Shown: piece after piece, positions 9,462 to 19,863 of the stretch
Layout: each line of letters starts with the position of its first letter
How positions within the stretch are numbered: the stretch's first letter is position 1
NCBI GenBank assembly: GCA_965658655.1
Contig: CBFHTA010000001.1
Span: 8,722 to 72,721, forward strand
From: Candidatus Babelota bacterium
GTDB taxonomy: Bacteria; Babelota; Babeliae; Babelales; CAIQNR01
DNA: 64,000 nucleotides
Direction of reading: 5' to 3'
Translations under genes and position numbers: made by a program
Notes under the pieces: model-generated
Told to the model about the DNA's origin: nothing
The model's database searches: none
The model's input: only the letters and a program-made list of their open reading frames with translations

Positions 9462-10184
9462 ATGAAGAAATTATTACTTGTAGGCTTCCTGCTTACGCTA
9501 TTCAAAACACACTCAGCAGATAACAGTACTTTCATAAAAATATTGAAAAAACATGTTTCTCGCAAAGAATTGAATAAAGCTGCTGTCAAAGCTGTTACAT
9601 CACATGACGAACGATCAACAACAGAACTTTTACAAGCGGGAGCAAATCTTCCGGTTTTTACTGCCGCAAAAAGTGGCCATCGAGGTATTGCTAAAAAAAT
9701 TGCCACCAAAGCTCATGAACAAGGACTCTCAATTCCTTCAAAAAAAAGAATGGAGATTTTAAATCGACTTATTCTTTCTGGTGTGAAAGAGAATTTTCAT
9801 ATTTATTTTAAAAATAATTTATTAAAACCATCTGATGTCACAGAAGAAAAAATTGCATACGCAAAAAAAAGAGCCGGCATTAGTCCTAGCAACAAAGCTA
9901 TTCTTAAATACCTAAAGAAACGCCATAAAAAAAGAAAACAACAAGAAAAACTAAGAAAAGAAATAGAATTCAATCAAGAAACCTGCTTAATATGCTTAAA
10001 AAGTTTTGAAGAAGATGAAATAACAGTATTGCCCTGCAAACATGTATTTCATTCTGATTGTTGTGAGCCCTGGTTTAAATCTCTTAAATTTAAACAATGT
10101 CCTACTTGCAAGCAACCAGAACGTCCTCAATCAGAAAATGTCCCTCAAAGCTGGGTGCAATGGGTATACGGAGATCAAACCTAA
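9462..10184 (+). CDS. Exported protein with ankyrin-like helices and C-terminal RING-H2 finger
   Basis: Signal MKKLLLVGFLLTLF; LLQAGAN / AAKSGH ankyrin-like fragments; C-x2-C-x13-C-x-H-x2-H-x2-C-x12-C-x2-C. Confidence 0.88.
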   Translation: MKKLLLVGFLLTLFKTHSADNSTFIKILKKHVSRKELNKAAVKAVTSHDERSTTELLQAGANLPVFTAAKSGHRGIAKKIATKAHEQGLSIPSKKRMEILNRLILSGVKENFHIYFKNNLLKPSDVTEEKIAYAKKRAGISPSNKAILKYLKKRHKKRKQQEKLRKEIEFNQETCLICLKSFEEDEITVLPCKHVFHSDCCEPWFKSLKFKQCPTCKQPERPQSENVPQSWVQWVYGDQT

Positions 10185-10302
10185 ACACCTATAGAATAAG
10201 CTTATCAACATAAAACCCTTGCTTTGAAAGCTCCCAGTTTAGTATCCTAACTATTAAATGCTAAAAAACAGCATAAAATTACATAAAAAGGAGGTTATTA
10301 TA

Positions 10303-10599
10303 ATGAAAAAACAATTACTTGTAGGGATTTTATTAGTAACAAGCATCACAGCTCTAGAAGCGAAACAGGTTTCAATAGTAGCAGGTTTAACGAAAGCACA
10401 AAATAAACTCATCAATACAGTCGTGCCAGCAGCCGATAATTATGCTAAAAAAAAGATTCCAAAAACCAAGTTTATAAATACACTAGTATCTGCAGCGTAT
10501 GCATTTACAGCAGATTACATAGCAGTAATGCATTCTCAACCCTCTGTTAAAGTTGAAGCCCATAATACCATAAATCACGGGAAACAAGCTGCTCATTAA
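10303..10599 (+). CDS. Hypothetical exported protein
   Basis: AAGGAGG RBS before ATG 10303; MKKQLLVGILLVTSITALEA signal. Confidence 0.7.
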   Translation: MKKQLLVGILLVTSITALEAKQVSIVAGLTKAQNKLINTVVPAADNYAKKKIPKTKFINTLVSAAYAFTADYIAVMHSQPSVKVEAHNTINHGKQAAH

Positions 10600-10610
10600 C
10601 TATCAGTATT

Positions 10611-10644
10611 AAAATAAGGGAGTCTTCGGACTCTCCCTTATTTT
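10611..10644. terminator. Bidirectional intrinsic terminator
   Basis: AATAAGGGAGTC-TTCG-GACTCTCCCTTATT hairpin between convergent genes. Confidence 0.8.
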
Positions 10645-12511
10645 ACACCAAGAGTTCTTCCCACTCTTTTTGAGCAGATTTCAACTCTTTTTCTTTTTCT
10701 AAAGATTTTCTTTGAGTGTCAGAAAATTCATCTGTACCATATTCTAGATCTGCAAATCGCATGTTAATACGCTCGATATCTTTTTCGAGCTTTTCTATTT
10801 TACGCTCAAGCTTTTGAATCTCTTTCTTTTTATCAAACTCAGATTTGCGATGCTCTTTAGACGCCGGTCCTTGTTTCTTTTTAGCCCCTGATTGTGTTTG
10901 TGGCGATTCTTGCAGCCCACCTGCCATCTCTTTTTGAGCTAAGAACGATTCGTAATTACCAAAGTAACTATGAATACCGCTTGGTGTCAGTTCAATAATA
11001 CGCGTTGCCAAATTATTAACAAAATCATGATCATGAGATACAAAAAGCATAGTTCCATCAAACTGAGTTAAAGCACTTAATAAAAGCTCTTTAGACGTAA
11101 TATCTAAGTGGTTAGTTGGCTCATCGAGCAGTAAAAAGTTAGCATCTTGTAAAAGAACTTTAACCATACTTACACGGTTTTTTTCTCCACCGCTTAATAC
11201 TTTAGTCTTTTTACCAATCTCTTCTTTACCAAATAAGAATGATCCCAAAAATCTACGGACATCTTGTTCTGTTTTTTTACCCGTGTTATCCATTACTTCT
11301 TCATAAACAGTTTTATTTGGGTCTAATACTTTAGTTTGATCTTGCTCAAAAATGGTTTGGTCAACACTTAAACCTAAATGAACATTACCATGTGTTTGCT
11401 TATACTTACCACAAATAACATTAAAGAGTGTTGTTTTACCCATGCCATTAGGAGCAACCAAAGCAACTTTCTCGCCCCGTTCAATATTAAAAGTAACATG
11501 CTCAAAGATTTTTTTACTGTCATCAAAACTAAACCCAAGATCTTGAACTTCAAGAACAAGACGACCTGCACGTTTCGTTTCTGCAAATCTAAATTGCGCT
11601 TTACGTGGATCTCGAGGTATTTCTATACGCTCAATCTTATCAAGCTGTTTTTGAATACTTTTAGCTTGTTTTGCTTTTGAAGATTTTGCACCCAAACGTT
11701 CTATAAACTTTTTCTTTTGAGCTATCTCTTTGTCTTGTTGAGCTTTTGCCGCCTTTAAAGACTCTAATCTACGCTCTTTCTCATCTTCATAGTCGGTATA
11801 GTTACCGTAATACACAGTTCCTTGACCACGATCAAGTTCTAAAATAGTAGTACACAGTTGATCTAAAAAGTATTTATCATGACAAACTAAAATAAATCCG
11901 AAATCTGCTTCTTTTAAAAACTCTAAAAACCAATCCTTAGCGACAATGTCTAAATGGTTAGTTGGTTCATCGAATAAATAAAAATCTGCTTTCTGCAGCA
12001 AAAGCTTTGCCAGAATAACACGCATCTTCCAACCAACACTTAAAGAATCTACGGGCTCATCAAATCTTTCTTTTTTAAAGCCAAGACCCATCAGCATTTT
12101 TTTAGTTTCTGCAATGGCAAATTCAACATTTAACTCAGAAAGACGTTCAGTAATATTTGCATACTCTTCAATTACATCGCTATCACCTTTTGGTAACAAA
12201 AGCTCTAATGCCTGGGCTCTTTGGCGCAACTCACCAATATCTTTATAAGAAGATAGGGCTTCTTCTAAAATAGAAAGTTTACTTTGCGTAACTACATCTT
12301 GTGGCATATACGCAATACGTGCTTTACCAGATACAACAATCGAGCCTCCATCTAACTCTTGTTGACGATCGATCGCCTTAATTAAAGTAGATTTACCTGA
12401 ACCATTACGCCCTACTAATCCCAGTTTTTGATCTGAACCAATAGTTTCTGAAATGTGATCGAATACTTTTTGTGTTCCAAACGATAAACAAATATCTTTT
12501 AACTGAATCAT
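10643..12511 (-). CDS. ABC-F family ATP-binding protein
   Basis: Two ABC cassettes (GRNGSGKS, APNGMGKT; two DEPTNHLD), no TM segments, C-terminal coiled coil. Confidence 0.95.
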   Translation of the reverse strand: MIQLKDICLSFGTQKVFDHISETIGSDQKLGLVGRNGSGKSTLIKAIDRQQELDGGSIVVSGKARIAYMPQDVVTQSKLSILEEALSSYKDIGELRQRAQALELLLPKGDSDVIEEYANITERLSELNVEFAIAETKKMLMGLGFKKERFDEPVDSLSVGWKMRVILAKLLLQKADFYLFDEPTNHLDIVAKDWFLEFLKEADFGFILVCHDKYFLDQLCTTILELDRGQGTVYYGNYTDYEDEKERRLESLKAAKAQQDKEIAQKKKFIERLGAKSSKAKQAKSIQKQLDKIERIEIPRDPRKAQFRFAETKRAGRLVLEVQDLGFSFDDSKKIFEHVTFNIERGEKVALVAPNGMGKTTLFNVICGKYKQTHGNVHLGLSVDQTIFEQDQTKVLDPNKTVYEEVMDNTGKKTEQDVRRFLGSFLFGKEEIGKKTKVLSGGEKNRVSMVKVLLQDANFLLLDEPTNHLDITSKELLLSALTQFDGTMLFVSHDHDFVNNLATRIIELTPSGIHSYFGNYESFLAQKEMAGGLQESPQTQSGAKKKQGPASKEHRKSEFDKKKEIQKLERKIEKLEKDIERINMRFADLEYGTDEFSDTQRKSLEKEKELKSAQKEWEELLV

Positions 12512-12525
12512 AATCTGTCCCTAAA

Positions 12526-12552
12526 CAAAAAGGGCTACCGAAGCAGCCCTTT
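12526..12552 (-). terminator. Intrinsic terminator after the Bax inhibitor-1 gene
   Basis: AAAGGGCT...AGCCCTTT hairpin with T-tract on the minus strand. Confidence 0.65.
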
Positions 12553-12572
12553 GAATTTTAACTTCTGTAAAA

Positions 12573-13265
12573 TTATTTTCTTCTTCCAAAGAGCCGTACT
12601 AAATGTAAAAAAAGATTAATAAAATCTAAATACAAAGTAAGTGCACCCATAATGGCAATTTTATTTCTAGTTTCTTGATCAACCATCATAGATTCACCAA
12701 GACGCTTAATTTTTTGACTGTCATATGCGGTCAATAAAGTAAAAATACCCACAGCACCAATTGAAATCCAATATTGAATAGCAGGACTCTTAAAGAACAT
12801 ATTTAAAAACATCGCAAGAATAAGTCCCCATAAACCCATCAATAAAGTATTGCCCATGCTGGTTAAATCAGCATCGGTAAAATAACCGTATAAAGCCATA
12901 GAGCCAAACATTCCTGCTGTAATACCAAAAGCCAAGAATACAGAACTAAAGGTATAAAGAATAAGAACAGAGGAAGTAGTAATCCCTACTAACGATGCAT
13001 ACATTATAAATGCTGCTACTGCACCAGAATAACTTAACTCATTAATCTTCCAGCTTAAAAACATAACTGTTGCAAGCTGAAGAAGAACAATTCCGTAAAA
13101 TAATACGGGAGATCTAAAAATTGTCATATAAACTGCAGGAGTGGAAGCTATATAATACGCTACGCCCGCTGTTACTGCCAAAGCCATGGACATCCATCCG
13201 TACACTTTGTACATAAAATCACGAGCTGATGCTTGCATTGAATAATCTTCTTGCCACATAATCAA
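12573..13265 (-). CDS. Bax inhibitor-1 / YccA family membrane protein
   Basis: FMYKVYGWM, TAYDSQKIK, GALTLYLDFINLF motifs, 7 TM-like segments. Confidence 0.93.
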   Translation of the reverse strand: MIMWQEDYSMQASARDFMYKVYGWMSMALAVTAGVAYYIASTPAVYMTIFRSPVLFYGIVLLQLATVMFLSWKINELSYSGAVAAFIMYASLVGITTSSVLILYTFSSVFLAFGITAGMFGSMALYGYFTDADLTSMGNTLLMGLWGLILAMFLNMFFKSPAIQYWISIGAVGIFTLLTAYDSQKIKRLGESMMVDQETRNKIAIMGALTLYLDFINLFLHLVRLFGRRK

Positions 13266-13431
13266 CCCTTTCTATAAAATGATTACATCTTTCGTTCAGT
13301 TTACTCATTTTCCCCTCTCAATGCAACTCCACCCCCAATCCAAGCTCAAATACTACTCTTCAGACTATTGCATAAAACGACGCTTCTAAGGTAAAAAGAA
13401 AGAATACCGTTTTTTAAAAGGAGACTTTCAA

Positions 13432-14022
13432 ATGTCAAAAATTCAAAAACAAGCTCTTGCCATTTGCGCGCTTTTTCTCTGCGCTCAGTTTAGCATGGAT
13501 CAAGATGAAACAAGCATCAACGGAGGGAGTAAAAAGCCTGCGGTTAACTTTAAAGGAATAATTGTAGATAATACGGGAAAACCATTTAAGGCATCGCACA
13601 TTAATATTTCTGGCCTTTATAAACAAATTCCTGTCTATTCAAAACCAAACAACATGCAACAGACCAACTATAACCCTATAATCAATATGATTAGACTCGA
13701 TCTTTCAGAAATATCTAGAATTGAAGTTCCTGAACCAGAACGTGTACATATGTTTAAAGAACGTAAATATATTTGCCTTAACGTTTACTTAAATAATAAT
13801 CCTCAGAAAAAATATGAGTATATCATAGAAGACAGCAAAAGATTGTTCTGCAATCAAGCTAATGGTGCCGATCCAATAGAAAGAGAACTCGCCTTCCCTG
13901 CAGTTCAAACAATCAATATTCATGGATATGAAAAAAAAGAAACAAATAAACCTGCACCAAAAGCTCCTCGTGCACCTCGATATCAACCAGCACAACAAAG
14001 ACATGTTACTGCCACTGCATAG
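13432..14022 (+). CDS. Hypothetical exported protein
   Basis: AAGGAG RBS, hydrophobic N-terminus, Pro-rich tail. Confidence 0.7.
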   Translation: MSKIQKQALAICALFLCAQFSMDQDETSINGGSKKPAVNFKGIIVDNTGKPFKASHINISGLYKQIPVYSKPNNMQQTNYNPIINMIRLDLSEISRIEVPEPERVHMFKERKYICLNVYLNNNPQKKYEYIIEDSKRLFCNQANGADPIERELAFPAVQTINIHGYEKKETNKPAPKAPRAPRYQPAQQRHVTATA

Positions 14023-14092
14023 CTTTTTTTTAATTTTGCATATAAGATATCAACATTAATTAGCTTATTATTATTGTTATAAAGGAACTGTT

Positions 14093-14416
14093 ATGCCAGT
14101 AACTATTACTAAAGAAAATGTAGAACAAGAAATAGGATCAGCAAATTTACCTGTAGTTTTAGATGTATACGCAACCTGGTGTGGCCCTTGCCAACAAATG
14201 GCTCCAATTTTTGATGAACTCGAAAAAGAAATGGGCGATAAAGTAAAATTTGCAAAACTTAACGTTGACGAAGCTCGAGAACTTTCTATTCAATACGGTG
14301 TTACTTCTGTTCCAACCTTTGTATTCATTAAAAACAATGAAATCAAACATAAAGAAACTGGCTACATGAACAAAGATGACCTTAAAAAGAAAATAGAAGA
14401 GTTCATAGGCTCTTAA
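14093..14416 (+). CDS. trxA: Thioredoxin
   Basis: WCGPC active site, SVPTF cis-Pro loop, 107 aa. Confidence 0.93.
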   Translation: MPVTITKENVEQEIGSANLPVVLDVYATWCGPCQQMAPIFDELEKEMGDKVKFAKLNVDEARELSIQYGVTSVPTFVFIKNNEIKHKETGYMNKDDLKKKIEEFIGS

Positions 14417-14496
14417 AGGAGTAATCAACCAAAACTACTACAACAATAGTTAGATACTAAAATTGCCTTGATCAAACCCTTTAAGGAACATTTGAG

Positions 14497-14943
14497 ATGC
14501 AAACATTACTCTTAACACTCTCTCTTTTATTTTCGGCAAATCTTTTTTGTGAAGACGCCTGGACCCTTAGCGGACTAACCTATGAAGATATACTATGGTC
14601 TAAAAGCATTCCCTACTTAAAAAAAGAGAAGGCAAGGTTAAAAAAAGAATTGACTCAATGCAGTAACCCTACTCAACACGATGAACTTCAAAGTAAGTTA
14701 AACCTTGTAGAGAAAACGATACAATCTATGGTGAAACAAGAAGAAAAAGAGCTAGAAAGTTATCGCAAAAAAGTAGAATTGTACTCTCTAAGAGACTTAG
14801 AGTCCGAAAGAGATATGTACAAAAGAAGCTTGAATACTGATCCAAAATACATAGACGATATACGAGAAAAAACAAATAAAATAGTGAAAAAAAGAGTAGA
14901 ATTGTTAGAGTCTGAGATTGAAAAAAGAAAACAAGTTCAATAA
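14497..14943 (+). CDS. Hypothetical exported coiled-coil protein
   Basis: MQTLLLTLSLLFSANLFC signal; K/E-rich helices. Confidence 0.7.
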   Translation: MQTLLLTLSLLFSANLFCEDAWTLSGLTYEDILWSKSIPYLKKEKARLKKELTQCSNPTQHDELQSKLNLVEKTIQSMVKQEEKELESYRKKVELYSLRDLESERDMYKRSLNTDPKYIDDIREKTNKIVKKRVELLESEIEKRKQVQ

Positions 14944-14965
14944 AAACTTCCAATACTGGACAATT

Positions 14966-15217
14966 ATGAAACACTCTATTTTATTCACACTTATTTTTTG
15001 CTACGGATCTCTTAATGGAGCTGCTTCAAAACAGACACCACAAGAGAAAAAGGCTGAAGATCATTGCGTACAAGCACTCTGCACCCAATATTCTCCGCCA
15101 AAATGGATGAATGACGGGGAATTTAAAAGTGAATATCGCTTCACATGGCGCAAGCAAAAAGAAGAAGAGGAAAAGCTGGCTCAACTTACAGCAGCACTAA
15201 ACATACAAAAACAATAA
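14966..15217 (+). CDS. Small hypothetical exported protein
   Basis: ATG 14966 gives MKHSILFTLIFCYGSLNG signal. Confidence 0.6.
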   Translation: MKHSILFTLIFCYGSLNGAASKQTPQEKKAEDHCVQALCTQYSPPKWMNDGEFKSEYRFTWRKQKEEEEKLAQLTAALNIQKQ

Positions 15218-15294
15218 CATTTCTTTAATTTGATCATTAAACCCCATTTGGTAAACTTGAGAAATTATTATTTTTACCATTGGGGTTTTTTATT

Positions 15295-15819
15295 ATGAAA
15301 CATCTACTATCAATTATTCTTTTGCTTTCTTTTGCACCAACGTTAATCATTACCAAACCAGCTCAATCTCAAACTAAAAAGAAAACTACAATTGCAAAGG
15401 CAAAACAAAAAAAAGTACCTTCTAAAAAAGAAGATATTACGGTTATCACCATAGACAGTAAGAACTTTGACAAACTAGTACTCAATGCAAAAAACCCTAT
15501 TTTTCTAGATGTATATGCACCGTGGTGTGGTCCTTGCCGCAGAATGTCACCCATTTTTGAAGAAGTATCAAAAAAATACAAGGGTAAAAAAATCACGTTT
15601 GCCAAAATACAAATGGACGGATTTGAGAAATCAGACAAACACGTGAAACTACTCAAAGATAAATTGGGCGTAGATATTTCTATGATTCCAACCTTCTTGT
15701 ACGTAGAAAAAGGCAAGGTAGTAGAACAAATTATAGGATCTCAAAATGCCTCTAATCTTAACACCAAAATTGCTTCTTTAATGAAAAAAGAAACCAAACC
15801 TAAGCGTAATTTAGCATAA
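15295..15819 (+). CDS. Exported thioredoxin-family protein
   Basis: Signal MKHLLSIILLLSFAP, Lys-rich linker, WCGPC, MIPTF. Confidence 0.88.
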   Translation: MKHLLSIILLLSFAPTLIITKPAQSQTKKKTTIAKAKQKKVPSKKEDITVITIDSKNFDKLVLNAKNPIFLDVYAPWCGPCRRMSPIFEEVSKKYKGKKITFAKIQMDGFEKSDKHVKLLKDKLGVDISMIPTFLYVEKGKVVEQIIGSQNASNLNTKIASLMKKETKPKRNLA

Positions 15820-15823
15820 AATC

Positions 15824-15848
15824 AAAAGGGCCTCAGGGCCCTTTTTTT
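15824..15848. terminator. Bidirectional intrinsic terminator
   Basis: AAAAGGGCC-TCAG-GGCCCTTTT between convergent genes. Confidence 0.8.
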
Positions 15849-17181
15849 AGAGCTTTCTGTCTTTAACTTCTACACCTAACTCAACGAGTTTGTCGCGTAG
15901 CTTATCTGCTCTAGACCAGTCTTTATTTGTACGAGCTTGATCTCGCTCATCTATTAAAACTTGAATCTCTGGCGTAATCTCAACAATTACCTCTGGTAGC
16001 GGTTTAAGAGTAAGACCAAGAATCTCTTTAATAAATAATTTTACCGCACAAAGTTCTTCTTGAAGATCAGTAAGATTCTCAAACACCACACCAATTGCAC
16101 CCGCTGTATTTAAATCGTCTTTTACAAAACGCATAAGCTGTTTGAAAATTGGAGAATCTTGAACATGTTCCGCATTTAAGTCTGCTGCACAGCTTTCACT
16201 AGCAAAAGCCTTACAAAGCTTGCGATACGCTTTTTCAGAAGCTTTAATATCATCAAAAGAAAAATCGAGCGGTGAACGGTAATGGTGCTGTAAGATATAA
16301 AATCTAATAACCATAGGGTCAAACTTCTCAAATACGTCTCGAAGCGTAAAGAAGTTCCCCAAAGACTTAGACATTTTCTCTTTGTTCAACTGAACAAAAG
16401 CATTATGCAACCAAAAACGTGCAAACTCTTTACCATGTGCGGCTTCTGATTGAGCAATCTCGTTTTCATGATGTGGAAAAATCAAATCCATACCACCGGC
16501 ATGAATATCAATATGTTTACCCAAATGTTTACCGGCCATAGCAGAACACTCTATGTGCCAACCTGGACGACCATAGCCCCATGGGCTTTTCCAAAAAGTT
16601 CCTTCTTCTTCAGCTTTCCAAAGAGCAAAATCAAGAGGATCTTTTTTCTTATCATTAATATCTACACGTGCACCAGCTTGTAGATCATCAATCTTACGCT
16701 TAGATAGCTTTCCATAATCTTTAAAATCACGCACACTAAAATAAACGTCCCCGTCTACTTCGTATGCAATACCTTTGGTCACTAAGTCTTGTACCAATTC
16801 AATAATTGCATCAATAGTACGAGTAGCAAGCGGTTCAATATCAGGCGGTAAACAATTTAGATTTTTTACATCTTCTGTATATGCCTTCATAAATTTTTGA
16901 GCAACATCATGATACTTAAGTTTATCGCCAAGTTCTTTTTCTGCTCGTGCCATGAGCTTATCATCAACATCGGTGAAATTACGACAGTAGGTAACTTTTG
17001 GATACATATGCTTGAGCAAGCGATATAAAACGTCGAATGTTACATAACATCGACCATGACCAATATGAGCAAAATCATAAGGAGTAATTCCACAAACATA
17101 AAGTTTAATTTCTTCTTCCGAAAGAGGAATAAACTGTTCCTTTTTATTAGTGAGGGTATTACTCAACGTAATCATACACAA
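15847..17181 (-). CDS. cysS: Cysteine--tRNA ligase
   Basis: YVCGITPYD, HIGH, DFALWK, PGWHIECSAM, FPHHENE, KMSKS. Confidence 0.98.
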   Translation of the reverse strand: MCMITLSNTLTNKKEQFIPLSEEEIKLYVCGITPYDFAHIGHGRCYVTFDVLYRLLKHMYPKVTYCRNFTDVDDKLMARAEKELGDKLKYHDVAQKFMKAYTEDVKNLNCLPPDIEPLATRTIDAIIELVQDLVTKGIAYEVDGDVYFSVRDFKDYGKLSKRKIDDLQAGARVDINDKKKDPLDFALWKAEEEGTFWKSPWGYGRPGWHIECSAMAGKHLGKHIDIHAGGMDLIFPHHENEIAQSEAAHGKEFARFWLHNAFVQLNKEKMSKSLGNFFTLRDVFEKFDPMVIRFYILQHHYRSPLDFSFDDIKASEKAYRKLCKAFASESCAADLNAEHVQDSPIFKQLMRFVKDDLNTAGAIGVVFENLTDLQEELCAVKLFIKEILGLTLKPLPEVIVEITPEIQVLIDERDQARTNKDWSRADKLRDKLVELGVEVKDRKL

Positions 17182-17325
17182 TCCCTATTGTATGGACGTT
17201 TTGAAGAAGTTCTCACTATGAGACCGCCCATACGCCCATCTTTTTAACTGGTCAATTTTTTAAAAACTAGTATCATAAGTGCTTATTTATCTTGAGAATA
17301 TATATTGTACTAAAAAGATTGGAAA

Positions 17326-19815
17326 GTGCATAGGAGCCCATGCATGCTATCTCGTAAAAAAATTTATTTCACAGCCTTTTTATTCACACTTGCCGCGATA
17401 TTTCCCCTTCAAGGTTTAAGTACCGAAGGTACAAAAGAAGCGTCAACAAAGGAAGTGATCAAAACAAAAAAACCTCAAATTATTAATCGTATTATTGTAA
17501 CAGGATTAAAATCACTCCCTAAAGACACTATAATGAGTACGATCCCTTATCAAATTGGACACAAATACAATCCACGATTATCTCGTACACTGATCAAAAA
17601 TATCTACAAGTTAGGATACTTCAAACAAGTCAAAGTTAAACGAGAAGACTTGCCAGACAACAAAGTAAATATTCATGTAATACTTACAGAAAAAACACGC
17701 CTTAAAGATGTTGTCTTTAAAGGTAATAAACATTTAAAAACAGAAGCCATTTTCAAAAAAACTGATCTCGAAAATAAACCTGCTGCTGACTCTCAAGAAT
17801 TAATCAAATATGCACGAGCAATAGAAAAATTATATGCAGACAAAAATTATCATTTTGCCAAAGTAAAGGCAGAACTTAAGCAAGAAAAAGATAAAGCTAT
17901 CGCTATTTTCCATGTTGATGAAGGTGCTGTAGCAAGAATTAAAAGAGTACGATTTACAGGTAACAAAAAATTCACCGGCAAAAAGCTACGTTCTATTCTA
18001 TTTACCCGAGAAGATTGGGTCTTAGGTATTATGGATGGTGGAGGAACGTATAATCCAATGGCTGTTGAGCAAGATCGCTACACCCTTGAAAACTTCTATC
18101 AAAGCCGTGGGTATATGAATGCCAAAGTATCTAACGGTACAGTAAAATTTGATAACAAAAAACGAGACATCAATATTAGCTTCCACATTCAAGAAGGTGA
18201 TCGCTACACTATTCATTCGGTAAAAGCTCCTGGAACCGATAAGCTTTCTGAAAAACAGATGCTTTCTATTATTCCTATTAAACCAGGACAACCCTATTCA
18301 AAAGAAGCAATTCGCTATTCTATTGAACAACTAAAGTTACTATGGGGAAAACAAGGATATATTTATGCCAACATTGAACCTTCTATTCAACCGGATGATG
18401 AAAACAAAACAGTTGACCTTATCTTCTATAGCGATCCTGGAGACGTTGTTCACTTAAACAAGATTAATATCTTTGGAAACGAGAAAGCACGAGACAAAGT
18501 TATTCGTCGTCAATTCTTACTCGAAGAAGGCGACTTGCTCACTACAGCAGAAATGGAAGCCTCTAAAGCTCGTGTTGGATCACTTGGTTATTTTGACATG
18601 AAAGAAGGCGTTAACTGGAGAATTGATCGTATCGACAATAACACAGCGAACCTTGATCTTATAGTAAAAGAAATAAAAACCGGCCGCTTTGAGTTTCAAG
18701 CTAACTATGGTGGTGCACCAGGGCAAATGACAGTTGCCGGTGCTGGTTGGGGTCTACAAGCAAGCCTAATCGAAAGAAATATGTTTGGATTAGGAATTCA
18801 AAATAGTTTGATTGGAAGATGGGGAAGCGACCAACAATCGTTCACCGTTAAGTTTCTTGACCCTTACTTTATGGATAAACCAATTCAAGTTGGTTGCAAC
18901 GCTTACCTCAACCACTCAGAATACGATGAATTTAAACAAGTTCGAGGTTCTGGGGTAAAGCAAAAAAGTTTAGGGGGTGCTTTTAATGTTGGATTCTTAG
19001 CAAAACAACTTGGTTTCACTTATCTCTTTAGTGAAATAGGATTCGAGAAAATAGACAATCGTGGCGATTCTTTGCCTATGGCTTCTGTAAATGCAGATGA
19101 CCCGGCTGCACAACCTGAATATCAAGCTATCATCAATGAACGATTCAAAAAAGGTAAATTTATCTATCTTCAATGGCATGCAACAAAGGATATCCGTAAC
19201 CATACTATGCACGTTTCAGATGGATATACCTTTAAAATTATGTCTCGTGTAGGTATACCAAGCTTTGGAGATAACATTGGATTCTTTAAACTTCAAGCTG
19301 ATGGACACTGGTTCACACCACTTATTGGAGAACGAACATTAGTCCTTCACGTTCATGGTTTTGCTGGGTATATCCATCCACTTGGCGATAACCGTATTCC
19401 CTTCAAAGAACTCTATAATATTGGTGGTCAAGCAAGTGTGCGTGGTTGGAACTTTGGGCAAGTTGGCCCAATATGGACAACACCAGAACTCGTAGGAAAA
19501 AACTGGTTAGGTGACGCTATTGGTGGTAAAAAAGCCTTCTACCTAAACACCGAACTTATCTTCCCACTCGTAAAAGATCAATCTATGAAAGGTGTAGTAT
19601 TTTATGATGGTGGTTCTGGATGGGATACTCCTAATGCGAATTTCATTGCGCCATCTCGTTTAAAAAATAATAATTTTGACTACAGACACTCAATTGGAAT
19701 TGGATTACGAGTACTTAATCCACAACCTATTAATGTTTATTGGGGCTTTAAACTTGATAAACGTAAAGGTGAAAGTCTTAACGAAGTCCATTTCTCATCA
19801 GCAGTTGATTTCTAA
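17326..19815 (+). CDS. bamA: Outer membrane protein assembly factor BamA
   Basis: Five POTRA-like repeats (GN....D.VIRR), SVRGW loop-6 motif, C-terminal Phe. Confidence 0.93.
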   Translation: MHRSPCMLSRKKIYFTAFLFTLAAIFPLQGLSTEGTKEASTKEVIKTKKPQIINRIIVTGLKSLPKDTIMSTIPYQIGHKYNPRLSRTLIKNIYKLGYFKQVKVKREDLPDNKVNIHVILTEKTRLKDVVFKGNKHLKTEAIFKKTDLENKPAADSQELIKYARAIEKLYADKNYHFAKVKAELKQEKDKAIAIFHVDEGAVARIKRVRFTGNKKFTGKKLRSILFTREDWVLGIMDGGGTYNPMAVEQDRYTLENFYQSRGYMNAKVSNGTVKFDNKKRDINISFHIQEGDRYTIHSVKAPGTDKLSEKQMLSIIPIKPGQPYSKEAIRYSIEQLKLLWGKQGYIYANIEPSIQPDDENKTVDLIFYSDPGDVVHLNKINIFGNEKARDKVIRRQFLLEEGDLLTTAEMEASKARVGSLGYFDMKEGVNWRIDRIDNNTANLDLIVKEIKTGRFEFQANYGGAPGQMTVAGAGWGLQASLIERNMFGLGIQNSLIGRWGSDQQSFTVKFLDPYFMDKPIQVGCNAYLNHSEYDEFKQVRGSGVKQKSLGGAFNVGFLAKQLGFTYLFSEIGFEKIDNRGDSLPMASVNADDPAAQPEYQAIINERFKKGKFIYLQWHATKDIRNHTMHVSDGYTFKIMSRVGIPSFGDNIGFFKLQADGHWFTPLIGERTLVLHVHGFAGYIHPLGDNRIPFKELYNIGGQASVRGWNFGQVGPIWTTPELVGKNWLGDAIGGKKAFYLNTELIFPLVKDQSMKGVVFYDGGSGWDTPNANFIAPSRLKNNNFDYRHSIGIGLRVLNPQPINVYWGFKLDKRKGESLNEVHFSSAVDF

Positions 19816-19817
19816 AA

Positions 19818-19848
19818 TAAAAAGGCTTCGAGAGTTCGAAGCCTTTTC
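19818..19848. terminator. Bidirectional intrinsic terminator
   Basis: AAAAGGCTTCGA-GAGT-TCGAAGCCTTTT. Confidence 0.8.
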
Positions 19849-19863
19849 TTATTTACCTATATA

